In this document: one piece after another, positions 1-11,938 of the stretch
How the letters are laid out: each line of letters opens with the position of its first letter
Position numbering within the stretch: the stretch's first letter is position 1
From: Tubiluchus corallicola
Taxonomy: Eukaryota > Animalia > Priapulida
Reading direction: 5' to 3'
Assembly: GCA_030141605.1 (NCBI GenBank)
Contig: JAQGDQ010000117.1
Location: 496,001 to 560,000 of the forward strand
DNA length: 64,000 bases
The notes under the pieces: model-generated
The model's input: the letters and a program-made list of their open reading frames with translations, nothing else
Told to the model about the DNA's origin: nothing
Databases searched by the model: none
Made by a program: the position numbers and the translations under genes

Positions 1-453
1 CTGTAATGCCTGGGGCATTGAATCCCACATATTTGCGGCACGGCTCCGCTGGTCTGGTCATGTGTCCCGGATGGGTGAGGACCGTATTCCTCGGACTCTC
101 CTGTTTGGTGAGTTGGCAGTAGGGGCAAGGAGGGTCGGTAGGCCCTTTAAGCGTTACAAAGACCAGCTGAAGGATACCCTGAATCAATGCAACATCCAAC
201 CAGAAAACTTCGAGACCCTGGCGAGTGACAGAACTCAGTGGAGAGCGCTCTGCAAGAGAGCAGTGATCAACTTTGAGCATCTACGAATAGAAGATCTCAA
301 AGAAAAGAGGCGTCGGCGTAAGAATAATGTGCAGTGACTCGACGGACTTTCATGACTCACTTATTTTATTTCCTACTGTAATATCTCTCTGTATTTTGTG
401 TCTGTCTGTGGGGCCGGATCCGTCGTTTGACGACGGCCTACCAATATATATAT
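1..453 (+). mobile_element. 3' end of an RTE-clade LINE (ORF C-terminus, 3' UTR, terminal stem-loop, (TA)n tail)
   Basis: Frame 2 from base 2 reads ...ARLRWSGHVSRMGEDRIPRTLLFGELAVGARRVGRPFKRYKDQLKDTL..., a typical RTE C-terminus, with stop at 337. Hairpin CCGTCGT-TTG-ACGACGG at 420-436, then an ATATATAT tail. Confidence 0.9.
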
Positions 454-1499
454 TTGCTAGGAAATATTAATACATGAACTAGCAAAGGCCTCGCAAAAAA
501 TTTTTCGTATAAATACATTTATAATCAATAATACGCGAACATCCTACATAGTCCTCATCTATAACGCAAAGCCAGTAGCAGCTTTTACTAAATTAAAGTT
601 ATAAGTCTGTAGGCAGAGTATGATGGATGACGTCAGAAGAATGGCTTTGCGTCAACAGTTTTCCAAGCGAGAATCGTCCGAAATGGAACCTCCAATTAAC
701 TCGTCACAGCTCCTCACGGTAGAAGCATCCTAAAATGCAGTCCACATCATTGTATAGCCCTGTTTCTGCTCTTTCTAAAGAGCTATATATCTCCTTCCTA
801 GAGTCCTATCAGGCGCTGCTAGAATGGCTTTTCTGCAGGCTGTTTGGTCAAAATTGTTGGGTCTCGGAAAACGCCCGTTACGCCCTTAATATATATATAT
901 TAAGCCCATACCACCGAAATTAATATAGACGATTAAACATTTGCTTATACTAAATTCGGCTGGGCTCACACTAAATCATCGTGTACAAAATTACACGATT
1001 TCAATTGTTTAATAATGTAGTGTAGAATTAAACACAAGACCCTCGAGCTGGATTAACAATAGTGTATATTTGTCGAACTATTTGCTTGCTCCAAAAATTA
1101 TAAAATTATACTCAGAAAATAAAACCAGATATTGCGGTATTTGGCAAATTTGCGCAGCCAGTTTGGTATCTTATCTGATACCACTAGTGAGCTTCTGTCA
1201 AAGTCCTTGGCAGGCGTCACAAGTCTACCACAAGTATGTGGAACTGATGACGTAGCAACAATTTCAGAGGCGAACTTTGTAAATGAAGAGTGCTTTTTAA
1301 AAACTTTAGTATAATTTTCCCCACAGGGCGTAACCAACATGTCTTATTTCAAAAGAAAACAACCTTTGCAAAACTGGTAATATTACTGGATGTTTAGGAA
1401 GCTACAGTTTTTTTTCTGATTGTGATTTATTTCTTGGTAATGTCAAACTTAAAATAAAATGAGAAAGTGTAAATATCGTAAAATTTATTTAAACACAGT

Positions 1500-2080
1500 A
1501 GAACTCAAAATTTCCAGATATGTTTCTGCACCTACTACTGTCACAAACCGGGAAACAAAATTAGAAGAAAGAGAAGTTTATCGCCTGTGACTATATTTAC
1601 AAACAATATAATATGATGACAATGCAGGGTTTTTGCTAGGAGACATATTTGTAGGCAACATTTGTAGAACAGCACGAAAAAATTAAGAACCCCATCTACG
1701 GCGCTTGTATGTTTGTAATTGTGTTGTTCACAAATATACGTGTCCCAATTGTAACCCTGAGTATATAGGCAAAACATCTAGACATTGGATTTTGCAGCAC
1801 GTGAACACATATAGGCCCCCAAGCAGTCCTATATCATCGTAACGACTCAACGCTCTGTCCCATTCCTACCCACTCTTGCGTTATTATTGGCGTGTTCCGA
1901 TTTATTAACTGGCTTCTACATACATAATGACAGGCAAAAACCCCCTGTGTTTAAAAGCAACGTGTTTTGTAACTATGTCATTCCACTAATGATGACACCA
2001 GCAGGCATTGAAACACATCTGAAACTTTACCGCGCTCTGTAATACTTCAAATAAAGTTTTATGATTTTCATACTTTGTTT
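1500..2080 (+). mobile_element. Degenerate Penelope-like element: GIY-YIG endonuclease remnant plus pseudo-LTR
   Basis: 1720-1785 translates CVVHKYTCPNCNPEYIGKTSRH, followed after a frameshift by ..AREH (GIY-YIG signature). Decayed hammerhead at 1981-2025 and AATAAA at ~2049. The 5' boundary is uncertain. Confidence 0.75.
1981..2025 (+). ncRNA. Decayed minimal type I hammerhead ribozyme (Penelope-associated)
   Basis: TTCCA-CTAATGA-TGACACC-AGCA-GGCATT-GAAAC-ACAT-C-TGAAA follows the layout stem I / CUGAUGA / stem II / GAAAC / short helix III / cleavage C / stem I', with several G>A and C>T changes. Confidence 0.6.
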
Positions 2081-2758
2081 AGATTTAACATTTCTTTAAG
2101 TGTTGCTATCTTACACTATAATTATACTGTCTATAGTAGAGAACTTAAAAGGATTGCCATAAATTCTTTGCTATAAGAATTAACTTTTGCTAGGGCGGTT
2201 TTGGACTTTCCTCATAGCAGACACGATACGTATCCTAAGAATTGCTTTATTCTTTGTACGTTTTTTATCTTTGGTTCACTTCTGTTCAAATATTCTAATC
2301 TAAAACTAAGCTTCCCTTAAAGGCAAATTTTAAAACCAACTTTGCTAATCTTAGTTACTGACTTGAAAGTCCATTAAAAATTTTATGTAATAGCTAATTG
2401 TCTTATAAATATGCGTGGTGGCAAAATTTAGTAATGCTAGACCTGGTTGGTAAAATAAAGGGTGACTGCTGGTTTTTAGACTGTCATTTACCACGTTGAA
2501 GGAGGATTTTTATTTTCTCTGTAATATTTATTTCCGATGTCTACATACTCGTAGGTTCCAAGATGTCTCTGCTGATTTAATGTCTCACAATAGAAAATGA
2601 ACCTTGACAATGATCTGGTCCCACGAAATTCTGCACAACATTAGTAGGTCTTGTCGTTAAATGAGAGATCATATGGCAAAGACCGCCCAATTGCATAAAA
2701 ATCATTGAAGAAATCGCCAAATTTTTACTGGTGCGTTTCTTTTCTGACTTTTGCTTAC

Positions 2759-2914
2759 CTTCTTGAAATTTTTCAGCAAATTCTCGCACAGACTGTAAAG
2801 AACTCAAGTCCAGCTTCATCAGGGCGCAGTTTTCGTTTCCAGAGAAGACCTCGAGCTCCCTTCTCACCGTTTCCCCGAGTTCCATGTTCCTACAGGCTAT
2901 TATCACTCGTGCAC
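2759..2914 (-). CDS. Retinol dehydrogenase-like SDR (RDH11/12/13 type), coding exon 2
   Basis: tag|...|gtaagc boundaries, 156 nt, phase 1-1. Encodes GARVIIACRNMELGETVRRELEVFSGNENCALMKLDLSSLQSVREFAEKFQE. No further exons found, so the gene probably continues beyond base 1. Confidence 0.92.
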
Positions 2915-3864
2915 CTATAGGATAGTTAATAGCTACGAGATCATGTGTGATCAATTTAATAAGAAGTAAAACTGAATAAAATCTGCAATGGATATATCGC
3001 AAATATGGATATATTTTTGATTTTGTCACCAAAACACAGTAATTTAAGTTTTGGCTTAATTAATGAAGTGTGCGCTGCGAATGCTCTGATTATTTTCAGA
3101 CCTTAAAGTTTACACAATGTTACATAAGCTTATTTCAAAAGACTTACTATTAAAATAGTTGCGTCTAAGGGTCATCACAGGAGTTGTACATTGTACAGTA
3201 AGTATACAGCAAATGTACAGCAGCTACTACAAAAAAAATCAATTGTGTAGTTTACGTACCTCCTTGTGGTTTATGATGTAATCATCAAAGTTTCTCTAGT
3301 CTATGTCTCAAATTAAACGAGCCAAAACAATATGAGAATGTGGTGTATAGGATTTATACATAAGAAAATGTATCTACTTGCCTTAAGTTCAGAGCTAAAC
3401 GTTTTTAGGAAATTTATATTAGTAATAATCTATGATGGTTATGTAATAAAAGTTTTGCTGAAGGTTTTGAAAATCCGAAAGCTTGATTTTTAACGAAAAT
3501 TTTACTGGGTTTAATACAAATATACTAGGAATTTTTTTCAAATATTGCTGGTAAAATGGCCAAATTTTATTTATTAGGCCTGCATAGGTTTAAATCTATG
3601 GTTCACACGATCGAGGATTTTCAGTTAACAGATTCAAGGAGCTCCCACCTTCCTCGAAAATGTAAAAATGAAAATTATTAGATTATGGAATAGAGACAAA
3701 TAAAGTAATTTGTTCGTGCAGTTTTTTCAAAAACATACATTTAGTTCTTTCAAGCAAATTTTAGGATGTTTGCTTTTCGCGTGCTACATGTATTAAATTA
3801 TCTCAAATCCTAGGCAATATAGACCTCAAATCATAGGACGCCGGTAAAACATGATATTTCATAC

Positions 3865-3982
3865 CTCGGTATAATAAATCTAATGCCGTTTCCCTGCCTA
3901 TTCCAGAACTAGCGCCTGTCACAATTACGGTTTTTCCATCCAGACGCGCACCACATTTGCACTTCGGAGAAAGTGGTGCCAT
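3865..3982 (-). CDS. Retinol dehydrogenase-like SDR (RDH11/12/13 type), coding exon 1
   Basis: MAPLSPKCKCGARLDGKTVIVTGASSGIGRETALDLLYR(G), with Rossmann motif TGxxxGIG. Donor GAG|gtatga, phase 1, in frame with exon 2. Confidence 0.92.
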
Positions 3983-4692
3983 ATTTACTATCCTCTAACT
4001 TTTTTTATAAATGAACGCTTTATTAGATAAACATCAACAACTTGCACACTGAGTTCTAGAAATTTGCAGCAATGTAAATAATAACAGTTAAACGTGACAT
4101 GTATCGCAACCACACAAGTTGCACGAAAGTTATTTATATGCTTGTGTATTGATCTATAAGTGTACTAAAGATACCTGCAGAATAATCTGTTGATACATCT
4201 GGTGTATACTCAATGTGTTTATGGACTTATATTTACCAACGCGGTTGGCCGGGTAAATTTGTGTCTGAACTTGAGTAACTACTGATCAGCACTTGCATAT
4301 CAACACACGTGATATTATGTGGCAATCATTCCTTTTGCTTTTGTTTAAACTTTTCTGCAAAATGTGAAGCAAACGTGCCATGTAAAAACAAATACCCATA
4401 TCTGTTTGTCTACATCTAGTTAATGCGGAAAAGCTGCCTTCCAAGCAAGAGTATAAAAACGTACGCCAACCCAGCATGGTTTGAACTTGCAAAGTCAGTA
4501 GGAATACAGCCTGGCAATTTATTTACACCCATTAAGCTCATTAAAACTGTACGAAGGCGCACTAAGTTCAGATATTTAAACAATCCCTGACATGTCTAGC
4601 GTAATTTAAACTGTTTAGAGCCTGACAGAGGGTACGATTGTGCACTCTAATGACAAAAAACTCAGTACAGTGGATCCTAGATCACTTGCACA

Positions 4693-4790
4693 GTGAGCAT
4701 TTGGCAGTGGAGATTTAGGTAGCGGCACTTGGGCAGTGGACATTTGGGAGTGGCACTTGAGCAGTGGTGGACACTTGAACAGCGGCACTG
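4693..4790. repeat. Degenerate ~14-16 bp tandem repeat (GCACTTGGGCAGTG-like), probably a transposon subterminal array
   Basis: About 6-7 imperfect copies: cattTGGCAGTGg, gcacttGGGCAGTGg, acattTGGGAGTG, gcacttGAGCAGTG and similar. Confidence 0.6.
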
Positions 4791-4799
4791 ATAAAAGGC

Positions 4800-4970
4800 C
4801 AGGTGCTTGAATGGATCAAAGCATTCTTGTCAGGCCGTAAACAAAGGGTCGTCATAGGTAATTCTTTCTTCTCTTATGTAAATGTTATCTCCGGTGCTGT
4901 CCAAGGCAGTACTTTGGGGCCCCTTACATTTCTGCTGTACGTTAACGACTTACCGGAAGTAGCTGAACTT
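4800..4970 (+). mobile_element. CR1/L2-group LINE reverse transcriptase fragment
   Basis: LEWIKAFLSGRKQRVVIG...VISGAVQGSTLGPLTFLLYVNDLP matches the RT motif SGVPQGSxLGPxLFLxYxNDL. Confidence 0.88.
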
Positions 4971-5139
4971 GTATTTGTATTACGATAAGCACACGTAAGC
5001 AAATTGCATTGTTTAATATTACTTTATTTAAAATATTCCGTAATGTTGTGTACCACGTCTCTTCCGAACCCTATTGACTATTTTTATTGTCATAAATACA
5101 GTATTTGTATTTATTTTTGTTGTACTATTTTATGAGTTT

Positions 5140-5559
5140 AAACTAAACTAAACTAAACTAAACTAAACTAAACTAAACTAAACTAAACTAAACTAAACTA
5201 AACTAAACTAAACTAAACTAAACTAAACTAAACTAAACTAAACTAAACTAAACTAAACTAAACTAAACTAAACTAAACTAAACTAAACTAAACTAAACTA
5301 AACTAAACTAAACTAAACTAAACTAAACTAAACTAAACTAAACTAAACTAAACTAAACTAAACTAAACTAAACTAAACTAAACTAAACTAAACTAAACTA
5401 AACTAAACTAAACTAAACTAAACTAAACTAAACTAAACTAAACTAAACTAAACTAAACTAAACTAAACTAAACTAAACTAAACGAAACGAAACGAAACGA
5501 AACTAAACTAAACTAAACTAAACTAAACTAAACTAAACTAAACTAAACTAAACTAAACT
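5140..5559. repeat. (AAACT)n microsatellite, ~84 units, with a block of AAACG variants near 5480-5500
   Basis: Seen directly. Confidence 0.98.
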
Positions 5560-6207
5560 TGGGCAGAGAATATTCTAATCGACCACCGGTTCGAGCCAAA
5601 TGTGTAGAATGGCGGAAACAATGAAAGAAACATGAAACTATGCACAACAGTTTCCCAGATAATACTCAATATTTTAGATATGAACCCAAGCGGAATACAC
5701 TCTATGGTGTTCAAAAATCTAAGAGTGTTTTTTCCTAAGATGTTGACCAATATCTCTACATCTGTATAAGTCTGGCTGCAGATATTTGTCCACTAAACCA
5801 CAGCTTAGTCTGAAATCACTGAACTAAACTGATGCTAGTGCTAGATTTTTTATAACTCAGGTGTGTATACATGCCTAGGTAGCTCCGGGAGGCATGTCGA
5901 TTTTAAAGCTACTCTAGTAGCAGTTCACACCATTTATTAAACAGGCAATTGGTTGGGCATAGGGGAGGCAAATCGTTCACGTTTCAATATAAATTCTTTT
6001 TAATATTAGAAATGTGACTTATCGTTAATTCCAAGGTTAGCAACAGAGCGAAGCGGTTCGGTTATGTTGAAAAGTGTTTCAGCAAATGCTACATACAAAA
6101 GCAGCGAATGTTTACATGTAGAAATGCTTGTTTATTGCAAAAGCGCTTGTCTGTCGAAAAATACAAAGGGGTGTAAGAAAAGCTATGATTAATTTACGAA
6201 AACTCAC

Positions 6208-6300
6208 CGTAAACATTAAAACGCCAAACAACTTTTCCAACGTTTTCAGAAAAAGCTAAATTATTAATGAGTCACGGGACTTTTACCGACTACCGCGGTT
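6208..6300 (-). other. Possible non-coding first exon (5' UTR) of the RDH-like gene
   Basis: Consensus donor ACG|gtgagt on the minus strand at 6208/6207, 2.2 kb upstream of the ATG exon. AP-1-like TGAGTCA at ~6268. The 5' boundary is a guess. Confidence 0.35.
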
Positions 6301-8578
6301 TCATTTCTTTTTGCTTTATTTTTAAAGCTGATTTGTAATTTCTTTTTAATCTTACTGTGACAATAAATAAATAGTTGTGGTTTATTATTTGTTTGTAATC
6401 TGTGAAGAAATGAATATATTTAGCTTGTGCGACCAAGCAATAAGCTTGACCACGCCATCTTATCTTCTCGTTTCGAATAAAAGATGAAAAAAGACGAATC
6501 CATTAATAAACATGACCAGCTAGATGTTTTTTCATTGTTCATGCCTTTACGTTTAATATCTATTTACTTTAGATTATAGCAGTTTTATTACTTCAAGCTT
6601 AATTTATTCACACTTTAATAAGATTATAATTACGCATTAAAATCTTAATTGTATTGCACTTTAAATAAATAATCATATTGTCAAATTTTGATGGAAACAT
6701 AAATTGCAAAGGTGAAATTGTAAAAAATGTAAAAAAAACGAACTAGCAAAAATTTGTGAAACTATGCTGGTCAACGTAGACATACACGTAGAAGTTAAAG
6801 TACTTCATTAAGCCTTTCGACAGTCGAATATCAGTTAATATCGCTACGTTCGCAACATTACTAAAAGTTTCTGACTCGCCGAACAGCGTCTCAGAGTATT
6901 AGTTTGGTATATCCAGTGGAAAGTAACAGACGTTGAATACATCCCACCCAGCATTAATTTGTCCACGTGAAGAGGACCGCTGTGATATTGGTGGTGAAAA
7001 CTAGTGATGGTCGTAATGATGATGATGTTGGCGACACTGGATTCAGTTTCAGGGTTTCTGCACCTCAACATATCAGGTAACTTTCGCATATTTCAAAAGA
7101 TGAATTTTGTAGAAATGTTCACCCTTTTAGTGGACCTTTTTCCCCGAAGCCTTCGCCCCGTTTTTGTTTCCCATTCACCGATCTCCATTTAGCCTTTCGT
7201 CAGAAAAATAATAAAAAAAAACAACAATATGAAATATGTTTGTTTTTCTTATTAGGTTGCTACGATATTTTCGTTACGATGAAAATAAAACAAGTTAACT
7301 TCGAAAAATATTATTTAATGACGGTATATAGTATGGTATATATGGTACACGAAAAATATGATATTAACTGCTTGGAATTGTGATTGAGAGAAATAATTGG
7401 GAAAACAAAAATTGCGTGTGCAAAATTAGCTCTAAATCTTTTACTGTGTCAAATGGGAAACTCCATTTCAAAAATTAAAAATTTTGTAGATTTATATTTA
7501 AAAGTTTATTACAGTTGTTTGTTTGTCGAATGTTCAAAACAGCTTTCTGATTTCATTTTCAAGTAATATTTGAAACATCATCGTTCGTTTTTCGTAAAGC
7601 TTCTCAGCCGACTGTCAAATGATAATTTACAAACGAAAATCCGCCGTAAATATAAAGATTAAAGAGTGAACCGCATCTATTAAACACTGACAATATTCAA
7701 GACAGCATAAGGAGTATGACCAACGGAGCACTGGTAAGTGAGGTCTGTTTACAATGTATAATTAGTACTAATTACGACTAACATCTGAAGTCTACTTTTC
7801 AACTCTTAGATGTATAGTGCTTAGTGATAATTACTAATAGCACTGTTATATAGATATAATAGTTAACGTATTAGTTACGTACCTAAAATATTATAATAAT
7901 TTCCTCCCCCAAAAGTTCTGTTATAATCGGTGACATTTACTTTAATAAAGCACTCTCGTGCGGACGTGACCAAGGCGATTTAACCGAACGCACTTCCCTT
8001 TCAAAGCTCACTTTCCTTTCAGAAAAAAACATTCTTACGAGTAGGCCCACCTGCTCCAATGCATAAATTATGCAGAACTATCATTATTTCTCATCATTAA
8101 ATCGTAATTTACAGCAGTAATGACTCGATTTAAACAACAGTCTAAGCTATAATCAAATCCACTTCTTGGGAGTCTCTGTTTAATGAAACTGTTGAATGTT
8201 GAGTATCCAGTTTCTCAATTTGCGTTTCAACACACGCACAGTCACCTAAAGTGGCTAGAATAGTTTCTGATTTAAGAGACTTGGAAAATCACATTCATTC
8301 GTACATTAAAATAGATATCATTATTAAAGAGTCCTTTTAGTTTAAAATAAATAATCTGTTGAAACTGTGCGGAAGTTTGTGCGAGATGGCTTCCTTGATT
8401 TCTTCTAAGATTTCACAATGTGAGTGCCAGACAGCTCAAAAGGTGAGTGCGAGACAGCAAGAATTCTCAAAGCTGCTATCAGTTCATCAAAATCTGAAAA
8501 AATTACATTAACATAAGTATTGAATAACAAGTCAGTGCTTACAAAGATACAGTACTTCGTAGATTCACTTATTAATTA

Positions 8579-8678
8579 TACTCACTCACTCACTCACTCA
8601 CTCACTCACTCACTGACTAGAATCGCTCGCTCGCTCATTCATTCATTCATTTATTCATTCATTCATTCACTCATTTAT
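8579..8678. repeat. Compound (ACTC)n/(ATTC)n microsatellite
   Basis: Seen directly. Confidence 0.9.
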
Positions 8679-8989
8679 TTTTTACGCATTTATATATTCT
8701 TTCGTTTGTTCATCCTTTTATCCGCTCATACATGTCTTGCATGACTGTGTCCATAAAGTCAAGGCCGTATATATGTTTTAGACCAAAATCTTGCCCTGAA
8801 ACTTCTAAATGTCATTTTTAATTTAGTATACTTTCAAGCAAAAAATGCAACAACCCCCCAACCTAAGATGCTTGCCCGCCGAATTTTTTTGTTTCTGGCG
8901 ATAACGAAAGCGTAAATCCACAAGTAGGTCCAAAATGTTACTTAGCCGAGTTTGAGGTAATGATGCGATAGTAATGTGAAAAAAACATT

Positions 8990-10027
8990 TCGTATGACTT
9001 AAAATACATGTGCTGCCATAATTCATAGACGTATGCGCAAAACCCTTCAATGTTCAGTTGAGTGCTGCGCGCATATGTACCGGTGATATGTCAGGTTCCA
9101 ATCATTCAAACTTTTCTTCGAAGCAGGGGACCCCCTTCTCTAAGCGCTTTCAATATTTCCGATTATGTACTTTTTACAAAATTCTCAATCACTTAGCTCG
9201 CCAGTACCTGTTTAATATTTTGTCTCCTAGTGTAAGGGTAATTACATTGTGTCCATCCGTAATAACGAAGATTTTTCTAATTACACCTGTCATTCAACTG
9301 CTTTTGCTGATTCGTTTTTTCTCGCATCAGTTTAGTGCTGTAATAATTTACCTCTAGATATACGTAATTCTAACTCTTTAAACATTTTTAAATCTCGACT
9401 AGCAAATCACACGTGTTTTAAATAAGCGCCCTAGTTACTTCTCAAGTGGTAATCGATATTCATCCACTCACCATGCTAGAATGAGAATTGGTTTTTGTCA
9501 ACTTAATCACGATTTATATATCAGAAAATGTAAAAATTAAGATGGGTCGCTGGTATCACCTAGTTGCCAGTGTGGTTCTACTTATGAAACCGTTGGTCAT
9601 TATTTAATTAGCTGCTCTCCTTATCATCAGGCCAGACATGATTCATTTACAAATCTCTGCACTTTTTTGTCAGCTTTTAATAACAATGTTTACAGTCTTG
9701 CAACAAATGAACTCGTACGTCTGTTCATGGATGGGAACCGTGCCTTAGAAAATTCTTTAAACAATCAAATTTTTGTGTTAGTGCAGTCTTTCATTGCAAG
9801 CGCTAAGGTCTTTAAATAGTTTTAACTATGTTACTACGGAACTCTTCTTATATTGTAATGTACATAATTATTGCAACATTTCTTGTACATTGTGGTGACT
9901 GTTGTTCTGCACCTGTGTCTAGCGTTTGTTCCCATTTGGGGAGAACCTATATCAGTTGTAAAACTGTCTGTTTCAAACCTAATTCGGTGTTACATCTTCA
10001 ATAAAATTATATTTAAACCAAACCAAA
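8990..10027 (+). mobile_element. 5'-truncated CR1/L2-group LINE with C-terminal CCHC zinc knuckle and (AAACC)n tail
   Basis: Frameshifted peptides VQLSAARICTG..., YFRLCTFYKILNHLARQYL, PLDIRNSNSLNIFKSRL, HHARMRIGFCQLNHDL and SPSCQCGSTYETVGHYLISC. Ends AATAAA...TTTAAACCAAACCAAA. Confidence 0.85.
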
Positions 10028-11783
10028 ATCTTCAAATTGCAGAGCATCCTATTGTCAAAAAACATTTCAAATCAAAAATATTAAAACAGATATCTTTTTT
10101 TCGTGTTCTAAAACTCCGATATGACGGACGCTGGCCTCTGAATGCTTTTACTAAGAAATACTCACGCATATAAATTAGAAGAGCGTGTAGTAATAATGAC
10201 GCCATTAACGACAAGAGCAGGATGCCACTCAGTGGTTGGAGTACATTTCACAATCAACTGTACTTAGAGACATTGGCATGTTAAAAGGATTAATCGTTAA
10301 TGAATTATGCACAGTGCGGAGATTTATGTATCGGCTGTTCACCAGTCGTTGCAGCTTCAGTTTGCGGGTGTTTTGCTACTGAAGTTATGCAACCGTGCGC
10401 CTGGCTAGTAAACGAGCGGCTGACGACAATAAAAACTGCATTTAATCTTTTCGCACGCCATAGTTTGTGTGGCTATTTATGCCCCCGAGGGAGGAAGTAT
10501 CCATCCAGAGGTACTTACTTGTTCAATATCTCGCATATTAAACATAAATGATATAAAAATATGGTTACAAAAAGCATAGAAATGGATTGGATTTCTAGAG
10601 ATTTATTTCAATCACAAATTCCCACATATACATTGTATGGAGTTTGAAAATTCACAGAGGTGCATGGTCCATTCAGTTGCGTAAAAAAATGCAACCACTT
10701 TACTTGAAAATACTTACTTGAATTACTTGAACAAAATTACTTGAAAATAGAAAGCTTTTAAGGAGAAAAATCTTGCCTTTGAAACGCACATTGGTTGGTT
10801 CACTAGCACTGTAAAACATGGATTTGAAATCTTAATGGCGAACTGTTAACGGCAAAATAGGTTCGTTCCACGTCAAGAACAGTGCAGCTAATTATGGACA
10901 ATTAAGCATGAATCATTTGCTTGTGTAGAATGATTAATGTTACTGTTATTGTCAAGCCATTCCATTTTCTGATGATATATGAGAAGCAAAAGACATTTTT
11001 AATGATTACTCTTACACTGCAGATTCAGAAATCTCGTTGGATTAATCTGGAATCTAAAGAAGTGTACAAACAGGCAAGAGGTTGCGAATGAAATTATAAA
11101 AGACAACATCGTATAACACACAGCAACCGTTATGCTTCATCATAAACGCAGTGTAGGCAGAGAGATAAATGACAGCAGACCGACCCAAGCGAATTAAGCG
11201 TCATGTGGTCCTAATGTAGTTCGTATGAACTAAAATAATCTCCAAGGATTCAGTGCAGCTGGCTCAGATAATTGAACGTTTGCCCACCTTATACACTTCT
11301 GTGCTTACATATAAAACATGCATAGGTAACAATATAGTACAAAGATTGCTACTAGCAGAAAGACGTCAATGGAAAAGTCAATGTCGACTTGATGTCTTCG
11401 TTAAGTGATTTTGCCCTGGCGTAGCGATAATAGCCATGTCCTAGTTACCAGCTTCATTTAAAAATGAGGTTTCATGTGGTTAATTCCTAAATATTGCTTA
11501 CATTCAGAGAAATGATCTAGAACTTTATTGAACGATAACTTTCATTTTCGTCTTTGGAGTGAATGACGTGGAAATTGGACATGGATTTATGGTAGGATAG
11601 GTCTACATAAGTGAACATAACGATTTTGTGCTTTGGAATGGCCATACTGGTGGATTCCCATTACCAGCCGATCAATATGTTCTATTAACAATTATTTGGC
11701 AAAAACAAAAAGTTGTGCTTTTACTGTTTTATCGTAAGCTATGGTTCACTTTTCCCTTAACTTCTATTTGATACTTACCATAA

Positions 11784-11938
11784 TTAATAATCATACACGA
11801 AGCACATGACAGGTGCGTACAATTCAGTTTCAGATTCATTCAGAGGTGTATATTGAAATTCTATGCTGTTGTAGTAATCTCCGCTTGACACTAATCGTAT
11901 AGCAGATGCTCCACATGGAATGGGAAATTCTAAATTTT
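11784..11938 (-). CDS. CRHBP: CRH-binding protein, last coding exon (8)
   Basis: Acceptor tttcccttcttttccag|. Encodes (K)NLEFPIPCGASAIRLVSSGDYYNSIEFQYTPLNESETELYAPVMCFVYDY*, which contains the CRHBP motif CxxxxxRxVSSG. AATAAA on the minus strand at ~11524-11529. Confidence 0.92.

Noticed and set aside
5553-5761. Hydrophobic ORF as an upstream membrane-anchor exon of the RDH-like gene
   Set aside because: No convincing donor site or in-frame join to the 3982 exon; the frame runs into the microsatellite and stops.
6844-7192. Overlapping short ORFs with a donor-like site at ~7076
   Set aside because: No recognisable protein motif, stops in adjoining frames and no partner exons.
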